From assembly GCA_014905635.1 (NCBI GenBank), contig CM026548.1:558001-622000 (forward strand): DNA of 64,000 nt. The letters run 5' to 3'. The notes under the pieces are model-generated. The model was not told the origin of the DNA and made no database searches. It saw only the letters and a program-made list of their open reading frames with translations. Source of the DNA: Scenedesmus sp. PABB004 (taxonomy: Eukaryota). The position numbers and the translations under genes were made by a program. Of the stretch, positions 1 to 10,817 are shown one piece after another. The first letter of the stretch is position 1. Each line of letters begins with the position of its first letter.

Positions 1-78
1 CGGAGCATACGGGGTAAATGACCTCGACCGGCGCCGCGGCCGCTCACGGCCGCCCCTGCCCCCGCTCGCCGCGCGCAG

Positions 79-2025
79 GCGCAGCAGGCGGCGCCCGGCC
101 CGCGCCGCCCGCGCCGGCGCGGCCGCCGGGGCCGCGCCCATGGAGGTGGAGCGCAACGACGGCCAGGTGCGGCGCGGGTCGCGCGCGGGGCGAGGGGGGG
201 GGGGGGGGCGGCTGCCGCGCCCATGCCCTTCCCCGCGCCGCGCGTCACCGCCCGCCCGCCCGCCCGCCCGCCCGCCCGCCCGCCCGCCCGCCCGCCCGCC
301 CGCCCGCCCGCCCGCCCGCCCGCCCGCCCGCCCGCCCGCCGCCCGCCCGCCGGCCCGCCGCCCGCCCGGCCGCCGCCCGCCCGCCCGCCCGCCCGCCCGC
401 CCGCCGCCCGCCCGCCGGCCCGCCCGCCCGCCCGCCCGCCCGCCGGCCCGCCCGCCCGCCCGCCCCGCCCGCCCGCCCGCCCGCCCTCGCCCCCGCCCCC
501 GCCGCCGCCGGGCCTGCGGCGCAGGCGCGCGCCCCGCCCGCGCCCCTGCGCGCGCGGATCCCTGTGCACGACGAGGACGACGACGACGACTTCCTTCCGG
601 TGGGCCGCCGCGCCGCGCGAGCGGCCCCGATCGCCGCGCCGCCGGGTCCAGCCCTGACGCATTCGCGGTTGCCCGCCTCCGACGCCCTGCCCGCTCGCCG
701 CAGGCGGCGCCCGAGCCCGCGCCTGGTGCAGGGGGCGCGGCCGAGTCCGGCTCGCTGTACCTCGCGACGCTGGAAGCCCGCTAAAAGCAGTTCGGCTGCG
801 CCGCGTCCGACGACGAGGAGGAGCCAGCGTCCGACGACGACAACGCCGCGTCCGACGACGACGACGAGGAGCCCGCGGTGCGCCGCGCGCACGCGCTCGC
901 TCGATGGGCCGCGGCAGCCCCCGCGCCGCGCAGCGCCGCCCTCCGTGCCCCGCCGCGCCGCGCCGCGCCTTGCTCGCGCCCCGCGCGCGCCGGCGGCCCC
1001 ACCGCGCAACCCGCCGCCTCCCGTCCGCCCGCCCGCCCGCCCGCCCGCCCGCCCGCCCGCCCGCCCGCACGCCCGCCCGCCCGCCCGCCCGCAGTCGCCC
1101 ATGGACACCTCACACAGCGACGGCAAGGTGTGACGCGACGCGTGTCGTGCGGAGCGCGGTGCCAGGCGGGAGGTGCGACGCGACCACTGCGCGTCGCGAC
1201 CGCCGCTGCTGCCCGCCGCCGCTGCCCTCAGGAGGACGACGGCGCCGACGAGGAGGGCCAGGGCGGCAAGCGGCGCGAGGCCTGCCGCGAGGAGGGCTGC
1301 TGCGCCGCTGCCGTGTTCGGGCCCCCCAACGGCGCCCCGGAGCGTTGCTCGCCGCACAAGGTGCGCGCCAGGGCGCCGCGCGCCGCGCGCGGCCCTCGCC
1401 GGCACGCCGCGCCTGAGCGTGCCTGGCCACGCGCCCGCGCGCGCGGCCTCTGCGCGACGCCGCGCGGTCGGCCGCCGCCACGCACCCTCTCGCGCGCGCC
1501 GCGCTGCCGGCAGGCGCCCGGCATGCGGCGGCGCAGCCGAGCATGCGGGCTGCCGGACTGCAAGAGCGACAAGATGGCCGAGCACTGCGTCGCCGACAGC
1601 GCCGGCGCGCCGCGCAAGGGCCCTGAGCACCTGCGCTGCCCCGACTGCGCCACGTCAGCGCAGGAGCGCGGCGAGGTGGTCGTGCCAGTCGCGCGCCAGG
1701 GCCAGTCGCGCGCGCCGGGCCAGTCGCGCGCGCCGCGCAAGGCGCGCGCGCCGGGCCAGTCGGGCGCGCTGCGCTCAAGCACCCTCGGCAACGACGAGCG
1801 CAGCATGGCTGAGCTCTGCTGTGGCCTGAAGTGCGGCCTGGACCTGCCGATGGACAGCGAGGTGACGTGCTGGCAGGCGGCCGCCGCGCGCGGGGCGAGC
1901 CGCGGGTCAACTGACTGCTCATGCCGCTGCTGCTGCCGCTGCCTCCTCAGGCAGACGACGAGGGCGACGTCAGCAGGGCGGAGGACGACACGGGCAGCAC
2001 TGAGGTGAGGGTGCTGCTGGCAGCA

Positions 2026-2092
<67 letters not shown>

Positions 2093-5000
2093 GCACGCCT
2101 CGCCACTCACGTCAGGAGGAGGGCGAGGAGGAGGGCGACGCGCGCGGCCCGGCGGGCGCAGGCGACGATCGCCACCGCAAGGTGAGGAGTCCCTGGCAGC
2201 GCCGCCGCTACGCCTCGGACAAGGACCTGCGGCGCACGTCAGAGAAGATGAACGAGGAGCTGCCCAAGTTCATCGTGCGCATGCTGGAGGGTGCGCTGAC
2301 TGCGCAACTGTGCGCGCCGGCTGCACGTGCGTGGCGTGGCGTGCGCGCGCTGCTCTGGTTGCTGACCCCCCCCCCCCTCTCTGCCCCTGCCTGCAGCGGC
2401 GGTGGAGCGCGCGCGCGGCAGCGGCGAGGTCGCGGCACTGCTGGCGCTGCTCAGCCTGGACCTGCAGACCCTGCAGCGCCTGCTCGTGTGTGTGGACTGC
2501 GAGACGCTGCCACAGCGCAAGGGCCTGCTCAACGGCCTGCGGGTGGAGCTGCTGGGCAAGATGACCAACCTTGCCGCCGCCAGCCACGGTGAGAGAGGAG
2601 CGATGGGGGGGGGGGGGGCGCTCACCGCTCAGCGGTCTTGGCGGATAACGCTCACCAGCCGCGCACTCCCGCCCCTGACGCAGGCCGCACGACCAATGCG
2701 GTCGTCATGCTGCCGCTGCTGGCGGGCGTTGCCGGCTTCCGGGCGAGCGGCACGCCGACGACCGAGCAGCAGCGCCAGCTCGCCAGCATGCTGAAGGAGC
2801 TGCAGCAGCAGCCGGCCAGCAGCAGCCGTCTGGCCGCGCTGGTGCAGCAAGACCTGCCGCAGCTGCCAGCCTGGTGGGCGGGCGCGCACGGCGTGGGAGC
2901 GCCCGCGATGCACATGCTGCTGGTGGCCAACCTGCGCAATGTCATCGGCGGCGCGCAGCGGCACGCCGGCAGCACGCAGTATGCGTCGACGCCGGCAGAC
3001 GCGCTAGCGCAGCTCGCACCAGTGCTGCAGGGCCGTGTGCCCGTGTCGTACGCCAGCTCAAAGACTGAGACAAATGTCATGGCAGCAGTGCTGGCGCAGA
3101 GTGACCTGCAGCTCGCTGCGGCGGCGGCGGCAGCGGCGGTGCACGCACCGGCGGCCGCGTCTGCTGCGGGGCGTGGCGCTGCGGCCGCGCCGGTGACCAT
3201 CGACATGGCGGCGGCCGCGCTCGCTGGCTGCAGCTGCCTCAAGGGCGGCCGCAAGCAGGGGCAGCTGCTGGCGGCGGTCCAGGAGCTGGCAGCGATGCAG
3301 CCGGGCGTGGCGGACCAAAAGCTGGCAGGCGCGCGCGCGCTGCAGGCCGCGGGCATGGTGGGCGCCGGCGCCGGCCCCGGCGCGCAGAGCGGGGTGCTCA
3401 GCTGCCTCGACGCGGCTCAGCTCTTCCGCAGCCTGCTGCCGCCGGCGCTGCTGCAAGTGATCCTGGGCGACTGCTTCGACTTTTTTGACTTCAAACTGGA
3501 GACGCTGGTGCGTGTGTTCACCGGCCGGTCCAGCCACGTTCAGGTGCGGCGCCGCGCAGCGGCTGTGGCGGCGGCAATCGAGCGCGGCGTGCTGCTCACC
3601 GAGGTGCATCCGCCAACGCAGAGCCACGACGCCGTCGGCGACGCGACCGACCTCAAGGACCTGCTCATGGCGCTGCACGGCCTCATCCACGCCGACACCG
3701 CCGCGCTGCGCGTGCTGCGCAGCGCCGCGCACATACAGGAGGTGCGTGTGTGTGTCGGTGTGAGCCGCACCTGCACGCAGGCACCCGTAACTATCTTTGT
3801 CTAGGCACCCGGGGCGCGCCTGCTCACCCGCCCCACTCTGCCCGCCCACGGCGCGCCGCAGGCGGCGCTCGCCACGCACGCGCGCCACCGGCGCGCGGCC
3901 GCGGCGACGGCGCGCATTGCCCCGTGCAGCCATTACAGCGCGGTCGCTGCGCACAAGCTGGAGCTGGCTGCGCGCGCGATCGATGTGGTTGCGCACGCGA
4001 CCATGCAGAGCCAGGCGAGCAGCGGCGACGCGGCAGCGCAGAGCGCATGGGAGGCAGCGGTTGAGCGCGGGCTGGAGGCCGCCGGCGGCGGCGGCAGCGG
4101 CGGCGGCAGCGGCGGCGCCAGCGTGCTGGCGACGCACCCCGCGCCAGCGGCGGCTGCAGCGCTCGCGGTCGTGACGGCAGCCGCCGGGGGCCGGCCGCTG
4201 GTTGACGCCGCGCTGCGCGCTCGCGGGGCCGCCGCTGGCGAGGCCGAGCCTGCCGCCACGCGCCAGGAGCAGCCGCTGGAGCTGCAGCAGCAGCACCAGC
4301 CACTGGAGGAGCAGCATCAGGAGCTGCAGCAGGCCATGGCGAGCCCGGCCAAGCGGCGGCGCGCCAGCCTCAACGGCGCCAGCCCCGGCTCGGGCGCCGT
4401 GGGCGGCTCAGCGACGCCCAGCCTGCGGGCGCCCAACATCCTGGCCGGGGCGGCGGAGCGGCTGCAGCCCACAGCGCGCGAGAGGCAGCGCGAGCCTTGG
4501 GCGTCGGCGGCCGCTGCGGCGGGGCAGCCGGCGGCGGGCGTGCCCTCGCTGCCGATCGCGGAGAACGAGGACCAGGCGCTGCGCGTGCTCGACATCATCC
4601 TGAAGGAGGCGGCGAGAGCACAGGGCGCGGCGCTCAACCGCTCGCAGCGCAGCGCAGACGTCAAGGCGCTGCTGCTGTTTGTGCTGGGCGCTGCGCGCTT
4701 CCTGCGCCACGACTTTGTGGCGCTGCAGCTGCAGGAGCAGCTGGCCGGGGCACAGCAGCCCGCGCCCAGCCTGGAGGCCTACCTGCACGAGGGGCCCTGG
4801 GCTCAGCGCATGCACGACACGGCGCAGCTACTCAAGCGCTGTGTGCAGCAGGCCGGCGAGCAGCATGCCAGCCCAGGCGCGCAGGGAGCGCACGCGCTGC
4901 TGGCGCGCCTGGGCTTGCTGGCGACGCACTGCAGCCGTCGCGCCAACCTCGTGCCGGGGCGGCACGTGCTCCAGAATGTGGTGGAGGCGCAGGCGTGGAA

Positions 5001-6074
5001 GAGCGCCCTGCGCGTCGCCGACTCTGCCTTCACGCTCGGCGTGCCCTCGGCAGAGCAGCTGCTGGCGGCGGGCGTACCGCGCGAGGTGGTGCAGGGCATT
5101 GACACTGTGCACCTGCAGCTTGGAAAGTTCAGCATGCTGCACACGCTCGCGCGCGCCGAGGCCTGCGCGACGTCGCTGGCGGACTGGCACGCTGCGGCGC
5201 CGCGCGCCCGCAGCGCCACGCCCTGCGGGCCGCCGGGCCAGCAGGCGCCGGCGGTCGGGGGCGCTCAAGCAGCGGCCACTGGCCAGGGCGGGCCCCTGCC
5301 GGGCGGCGCGGGCGGCGCTAGCAGTGCCAGCGACGGGGGCACCGGCCAGCGGCAGGCACAGAAGCCAGCTGCCTCGACTGGCGGCAAGCCGGGGCTGGTC
5401 ATCCCGCTGAGGCCGCGGCCGCGCAGCGACCAGCGCCTCGACGGCCCCCCGGCCAGCGGCAGTGGCGGCATCAGCCGCGGCAACGCCGGCGGTGGCGCGG
5501 GCGCCAAGCGCAAGGCACTCTACCCCGCCTCCATCAACGCCGACGCCCCCCCCCCCCCCCCCCCCGTGCCCAGCGGCGGCGGCAGCGGCGGCAGCACACG
5601 TTTCGTGGAGATCGCTGGCGGCTTCGGCGACGGCGCGCAGGGTTGGGGCTGTGACCCCGCTGCAGCGGGCGCGGGCGGCTACGGCTACGGCGGCTACGAC
5701 GGAGCTGCGGCCGGCGGCTGCGACGCGGCCGCAGCCGGCGGCTACGACGCAGCGGCAGCGGCTGCAGCGGCGGCGGGCTACAGCTCAGGCGCCGGCGGCT
5801 ATGACCTCGCGGCGGCGGCGGCGGGTGCGCACGGCGGCCCGGCGGCCGCCGCCGCAGCAGCTGCAGGCGGGCCGGGGGTTGCCAACGGCTGGGTGGCCCG
5901 GTTTGACAGCCAGCAGCAGCAGCCGGAGCAGCAGCTGCCGGAGCTGTGGCAGCACCAGCAGCCGCAGCAGCAGCAGCAGCCAGGGCAGCCGTCGTGGCAT
6001 CAGCAGCAGCTGCAGGCGCCGACGCAGCCATGGCAGCAGCAGCCGGAGCAGCAGCTGCCGGAGCTGTGGCAGAC

Positions 6075-6119
<45 letters not shown>

Positions 6120-6471
6120 AGGGCAGCCGTCGTGGCATCAGCAGCAGCTGCAACAGCCATCTTGGCAGCAGTTGCAGTGTCAGCAGCTGCAGCAGCAGCA
6201 AATGCAGGGCGTCGGCGGCTGGATGCAGCCGTGCCTGCCACAGGGCATGGCGCCCGGCTGGGGGCTCGCCATGGGCTTTGGCGTGGCTGGCATGTACATG
6301 CAGAGCTTTGCGGCGGCGGCGGTACAGCAGATTCGGCAGCAGGCCATGCAGCAGCAGGCCATGCAGCAGCAGGCCATGCAGCAGCAGCAGCAGCAGCAGC
6401 AGCAGCTGCACCAACAGGCGATGCAGCAGCAGCAGATGCTGTATCAATTCCAGCGCTGCAATGACTTGTGA
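79..6471 (+). CDS. Large multi-exon hypothetical protein, 5'-truncated. Acidic N-terminal exons, an EsV-1-7-like Cys/His repeat, a helical middle region and a Gly/Ala- and Gln-rich C-terminus. Contains an in-frame TAA at 782-784, so it may be a pseudogene or carry a sequence error.
   Basis: GT-AG exons chain in frame: ~79-166 (..MEVERNDGQ), ~525-599 (DEDDDDDFLP), ~704-877, ~1095-1127, ~1231-1360 (CREEGCCAAAVFGPPNGAPERCSPHK), ~1514-1861, ~1951-2004, ~2116-2290, ~2397-2588, ~2684-3741 and ~3861-6471 (TGA). Confidence 0.6.
249..483. repeat. (CCGC)n tetranucleotide microsatellite in an intron, with a second tract at ~1026-1090
   Basis: Directly visible cccgcccgcccg... array. It generates the spurious PPAR-repeat ORFs in the track. 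Confidence 0.95.
2029..2089. repeat. (CT)n microsatellite in an intron
   Basis: About 30 uninterrupted CT units. Confidence 0.97.
5911..6435 (+). repeat. Coding CAG/poly-Gln tracts with duplicated units (QQQPEQQLPELWQ x2, QPGQPSWHQQQLQ x2, QQQAM x3)
   Basis: Direct repeats are visible in both DNA and translation. Confidence 0.9.
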
Positions 6472-7634
6472 CTGGGGCGGCAGGAGCGGAGGCGGCGGCA
6501 GCTGCGGGAGGGGCAGGGCAAGGGCGGCAGCGCAGCGCGGCGCCGGCCGCTGCAGGAGCGGCGGCGGCGGCGGCGGCGGCGGCCGCAGGCGGGGCCAGGC
6601 AGGGCAAGGACGGCAGCGCAGCGCGGCCAGGCGGAGGAGTAGCAGCACAGCGACGTTTGGCTTGTTGGGCAGGCTGCGCTGGCAGCCACAGCAGCCGCAC
6701 CTGGCTGTTACGGCTGCCGGCTCCCAAGAAAAGGGCTCTAGCCCCCACCCAGGCAGCCGGGTGGGGCACAGGGGCGTGGCCGCGGTTGCGGCCGCGCCCC
6801 CGTGCCCCACGCGGCTCCCGAAGCTGGAAGCCAACGCGCGCGGGGCCGCTGCCCGGAGCCGGCCTGCCGGGCGAGCCGGGCGCGCTCTTCTAGAGCTGTC
6901 GACTTGGGTTGGAGTCGCGTGCCCCCCTTTGGCGGCACGGCGACTTCAACCCAAAGCGACAGCTCTGGAAGAGGGCAGCCCAGCGCCCCGCCCGAGGCAG
7001 CTGCCGCGCGCCCACCAGGCAGGCGGGCGGGCGACGGCGGCGAGGCATCGCTGGGCGCGCAGGCGGCGGCGAGGCCACCTGCCCGCTGAGCCGGGCGGGG
7101 CGGCGGCGGTGCCAGCGCGCGACCCCGCCGCCCGAGCGCGGCGTCGGCGCCTGGCGCGAGCGCACGCTTGCGGCGCGCGGTGGCTGGCGCCCGGCAGACA
7201 CGGCCCTTGCCGACTGCTGTCCGGGGGGGGGGGGCGGCCGGCGGTGCCGGGCGAGAGGGCGGCGGCGCCGCTGCTGCTGCACGTAGCAGCAGCAGCAGCT
7301 GCTGCGCGTAGCAGCAGGCGCGGTTGGCAGTGCCGCGCGGCGCCTCACGCCTCACCGCTGTCCCGCCGCCCCTCGCAGGCCCGCCGCCGTAGTCCCTGCA
7401 ACGACTGCAACGACTGCTGCGGGGTCGCCGCGGCGGGAAGCGGGAGGCTGAGCGCCCACGCCGCCGCCGTAGTCCCTGCAACGACTGCAACGACTGCTGC
7501 CGCCTGGGGGAGCCGCGGCCGGTGGCAGGGACGGCGACGCTGCTGCTGCGTGCGCGCCGGCGCACAGCCGCAGCCGCGCCGCGCCGCTCATGCTGGAGCT
7601 CACCCCCCGCCAGAGAGCGTCCTTCGGGAACGCT

Positions 7635-7742
7635 GCGGTGTAACGAACAAGCCGCGGCGGCCCTGCCGCCGCTACACCGCGGCTTGCAAAACGTGCCGCT
7701 CCGCTCGGGGCCTCATCCCGGGCACTGTAGATCCCCCCGAGC
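7635..7742. other. Candidate structured RNA element (pseudoknot-like) overlapping a TGTAA poly(A) signal
   Basis: Perfect complementary pairs: 7635-7642/7673-7680, 7648-7653/7681-7686, 7654-7661/7665-7672, 7703-7710/7735-7742 and 7693-7697/7721-7725. Confidence 0.35.
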
Positions 7743-10700
7743 CCCGCAGACGGCCCCGACCGTTCAAGCCGGCGAGCCGACTACTTGCGGCCCTGCATTC
7801 GGCAACAGCCGAGGGCAAAGGCGCCGAGTGCTCTGTGAGTGGCGTGGAGGCCGGGGCGTCCGCGGCAGTGCGCGCGAAGCCTGACGGCCCGCCACGGTTC
7901 CCAACCACCGCTGCTCCTCAGCTGCTGATCGCGGCGGTCCTGGGTATCACAGTGTTGTTGTTGTTGCAGGCAGGCAGGCAGGCTCACCCACACCACCACC
8001 ACCACCACCACCACCACTAGGCAAAGCATGCGGGAGAGCTCGAGAGGAAGCTGTGAGTTTTCGTGGGTGAGCATGTGAAAAGGCGACACAACACATCAAA
8101 CCGCGCGGCCCGAGCCCGAGGGTGCAGCAGCGGGCACAGCAGTGCGTGAGCTGGCGGCGCGGCCGACTCCAGTCGCGGGTCAAAAACGGCCTCCACCGCA
8201 CTGCACACCGCGCCTAGGCAAACAAGCACACCACGCGACGACGGCCTCAGCGCCTCGCAAACTGCTCTGCCCCGCCGTGTCGCTTGGGGCACCGTGTGCA
8301 GTGATGTGAGATGCTGTGTGGGGCGTGTGCTCGTGTGCCCGCAAACAGTCCGCTGTTCCTCTCGCCGACGGGGCCTCTCTGCGCGTGGCCCCCACCGCCG
8401 CCACGCTCGCTCGTCGTCGCACCCCCCTCCCTCCCTCCCTCCAGCACCGCCCGCCGCGCACACAACGCACACGCCCGCCCGCGCTTCAAAGCCCGTCCGC
8501 CGCTGCCGCCTGGGCCCGCATGCGGCGGCGTGACTAAGATCACGCAGCCACCCTGTCTCATAGTGTTATTCGATCCCAGTAATTAGTAGCTGAGCTGCGC
8601 AGGCGCCGCCGTCCCAAGGCGGGCGCAGGCGTGGCCGGGAGCGGCACGCACGCCATGGCGAGTGCTGGATCCCGCCCCCCTCCCCCCTGCGGTTGAGCCC
8701 CGGGCGCGCGCGCGGCGCAGGCGCAGGCCGCCGCCGCCGGGCTCCGCCGCCGGCCGCCATGGGTGGGTGGCCGACGACACTGGGTCGGACAAAAGTGCTC
8801 GTGTTTTTTCTCAACAGCCACACACGCCGGGGCCGAGCGGGGTGGTGCTGCTCCCCGCCGCCCCGCGCCTTTCGTCGTCGCCGTCACGCAGCCGCCAGAG
8901 TCCGGCTCGCGCCCGCCCGCACGCCCGTCCCGCCCCGCCCCGCCGCCGCCGCGCCCCTAGAGCGTGACCAGGCGCGGCGGCGCGGCGTGCAACAGTGTGA
9001 TGTGTGTGTGTGTGTGGGGGGCTCAGCCAGTCTCTCGCGCACGACCAAAGGCCAAAAAAGGCCAACGACAACCGCCGCGGGCTCTCTCCACCAACGCCCG
9101 CGGTGCCTCTCTCACCACACCACCCAGGCGGCCCGGCTCGGCCGGCGACGCGCGAGCGCGAGCGCGCGCGCAGCGCCCCACGCGTCTGCTGCACAGCAAG
9201 CGACAGTGAGGGGCGCGCGCGGCGGGGGCGTTGCCGCCGCCGCGCGCTGTGTGTTTGCGAGCACACACCGCTGCCAAGCCAAGTGAGGGAGCATCAGCAC
9301 CAGCAGCAGCAGCAGTAGCAAGAGAGCGTGCGTTGGCCAAAAGCTGCCCGGAACGTTTCCCGGAGCCCATACTGACGCAGAGCGGGGCGAGCACAAGCAC
9401 ACGCGCGGCAGGTCAGGGGAATGCGCAGTGCGCCAGGCATCCTGCGGCTGCGACCAACCAGCAGGCTCTCTCGCGCAGCATGCGCGCACACACACACCAA
9501 CCCGCAGCCACTGTGGAGAGGGAGCCGCCGCCACGTGGGCCCGCCCGCGCGCTGCCGGGGGCGCTGCGCGGGGAGGCATTGCTCGCCGCGCACGCACCGC
9601 GCGGCTGGACAAATGACGGGCGGCCGCCGCCGCGCGAGGGCGGCGCGGCGCTGCCCCGCTCTCTCGGACCCCCCCGCCCGCCGCCGTCGACCCAGCAGCT
9701 GCCCCGCAGACCCCTCCGCCCCGCAGTCTTGCGGCCACGACGACGCTGCAAAACAAGCCCCTCCCCCCGCCGCAAAACGCCCGGCCCCCGTGCGTGCAGG
9801 GAGCCGGAGCCGGAGAGGCCACGCGCGTGGGGAGCGACCACCACGCGGGGCGGGCAAACCATGGCAAGTGCGGCGCGAGCGCGCCCCTACTGCGCGCGCG
9901 CGCCCCGCGAGGCGGGGCGCGGCTCTACGCGCGCTCCGCGCCCGGCGCCAGGCGGGCGCCGGGCTGTGGGTGTTCTTCGGCAGTGCCTCCTGTGTGTTTG
10001 TTGGAAGGGGGTTTATGTCTGGGAGCAGCGCGCGCGCGGCGCGCCGGCGGGCGGGCGCTCATCGCCGCGCCCGGCGGCGCGCCGCGCGCGCGCGCGCCGC
10101 GAGCTTTGATTGAGCGGGCGGCCCGCGGCGCGGGCGCGCGCGGCGCGCGCGCGCGCAGCGCGGCGCCGCGCCGCGGGGGATGAATCGCCGCGGCTCTCTC
10201 GCAGGCATGCACACGCACACGCTAGGCGGGCGGGCGCCCTGGGGGCCGCGCCGCCCGCGCACTCGGTCAGGCCCAGGCTCGGTCTCGGTCGCCGCGCTGT
10301 CGGCGGGGGCGTGGCCCGCGGCCGGCGGCGGCGTTGGCTGCCGGCGCGCGGGCCTGCAGCGCTCGGAAGGCAACAGGCAAGCAGTCGCTCCCGTCCCGTC
10401 CCGTGGCTGCTGCTGCTGCCGGGAGCGCAGCAGCAGCAGCCGGCAAAAAGGGCGCCGCGCGGGCGGGCGGGCGAGCCGCCCGCGCCGCGCCGCGGCGGCG
10501 CGCGCCACACGTGCTGATGAAAAGCGGGGGTTTGTGTGGTTGTGCAACTCTCCGCCGTGACGTGTGATGGCCCCAGCGCCACGGCGAGGCGGCGCGCGCG
10601 CGGCGCGCCGCGGCAGGCGGGCCGCGCGTGCGCGCCGCCGGCCAGGCCTCCCCTCGCTCTGCCCAACCCAACCAGCCGCGCCGCGGGCGGGGCGGGTCGT

Positions 10701-10817
10701 CGCGCCGCCGCCCGGTCCGGCGAACGAAATGCATGCGCGCGCTCAAAAAAAGGCGCGCGCCATCCTGCCCGCCCTCCCGTGGGCCCGTGGGCGCCCGGCA
10801 CGCGCACGCGCGCGCGC

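Noticed and set aside
7570..8020. Plus-strand ORF tail ending in a hydrophobic stretch and poly-His
   Set aside because: The Leu and His runs come from (TTG)n and (CAC)n microsatellites, and I find no supported start, splice structure or homology.
8020..10800. Possible gene or transposon in the long gap between gene 1 and the response regulator
   Set aside because: I see no coherent exon chain, transposase or RT motif, or terminal repeats. It is probably 3' UTR and intergenic DNA.
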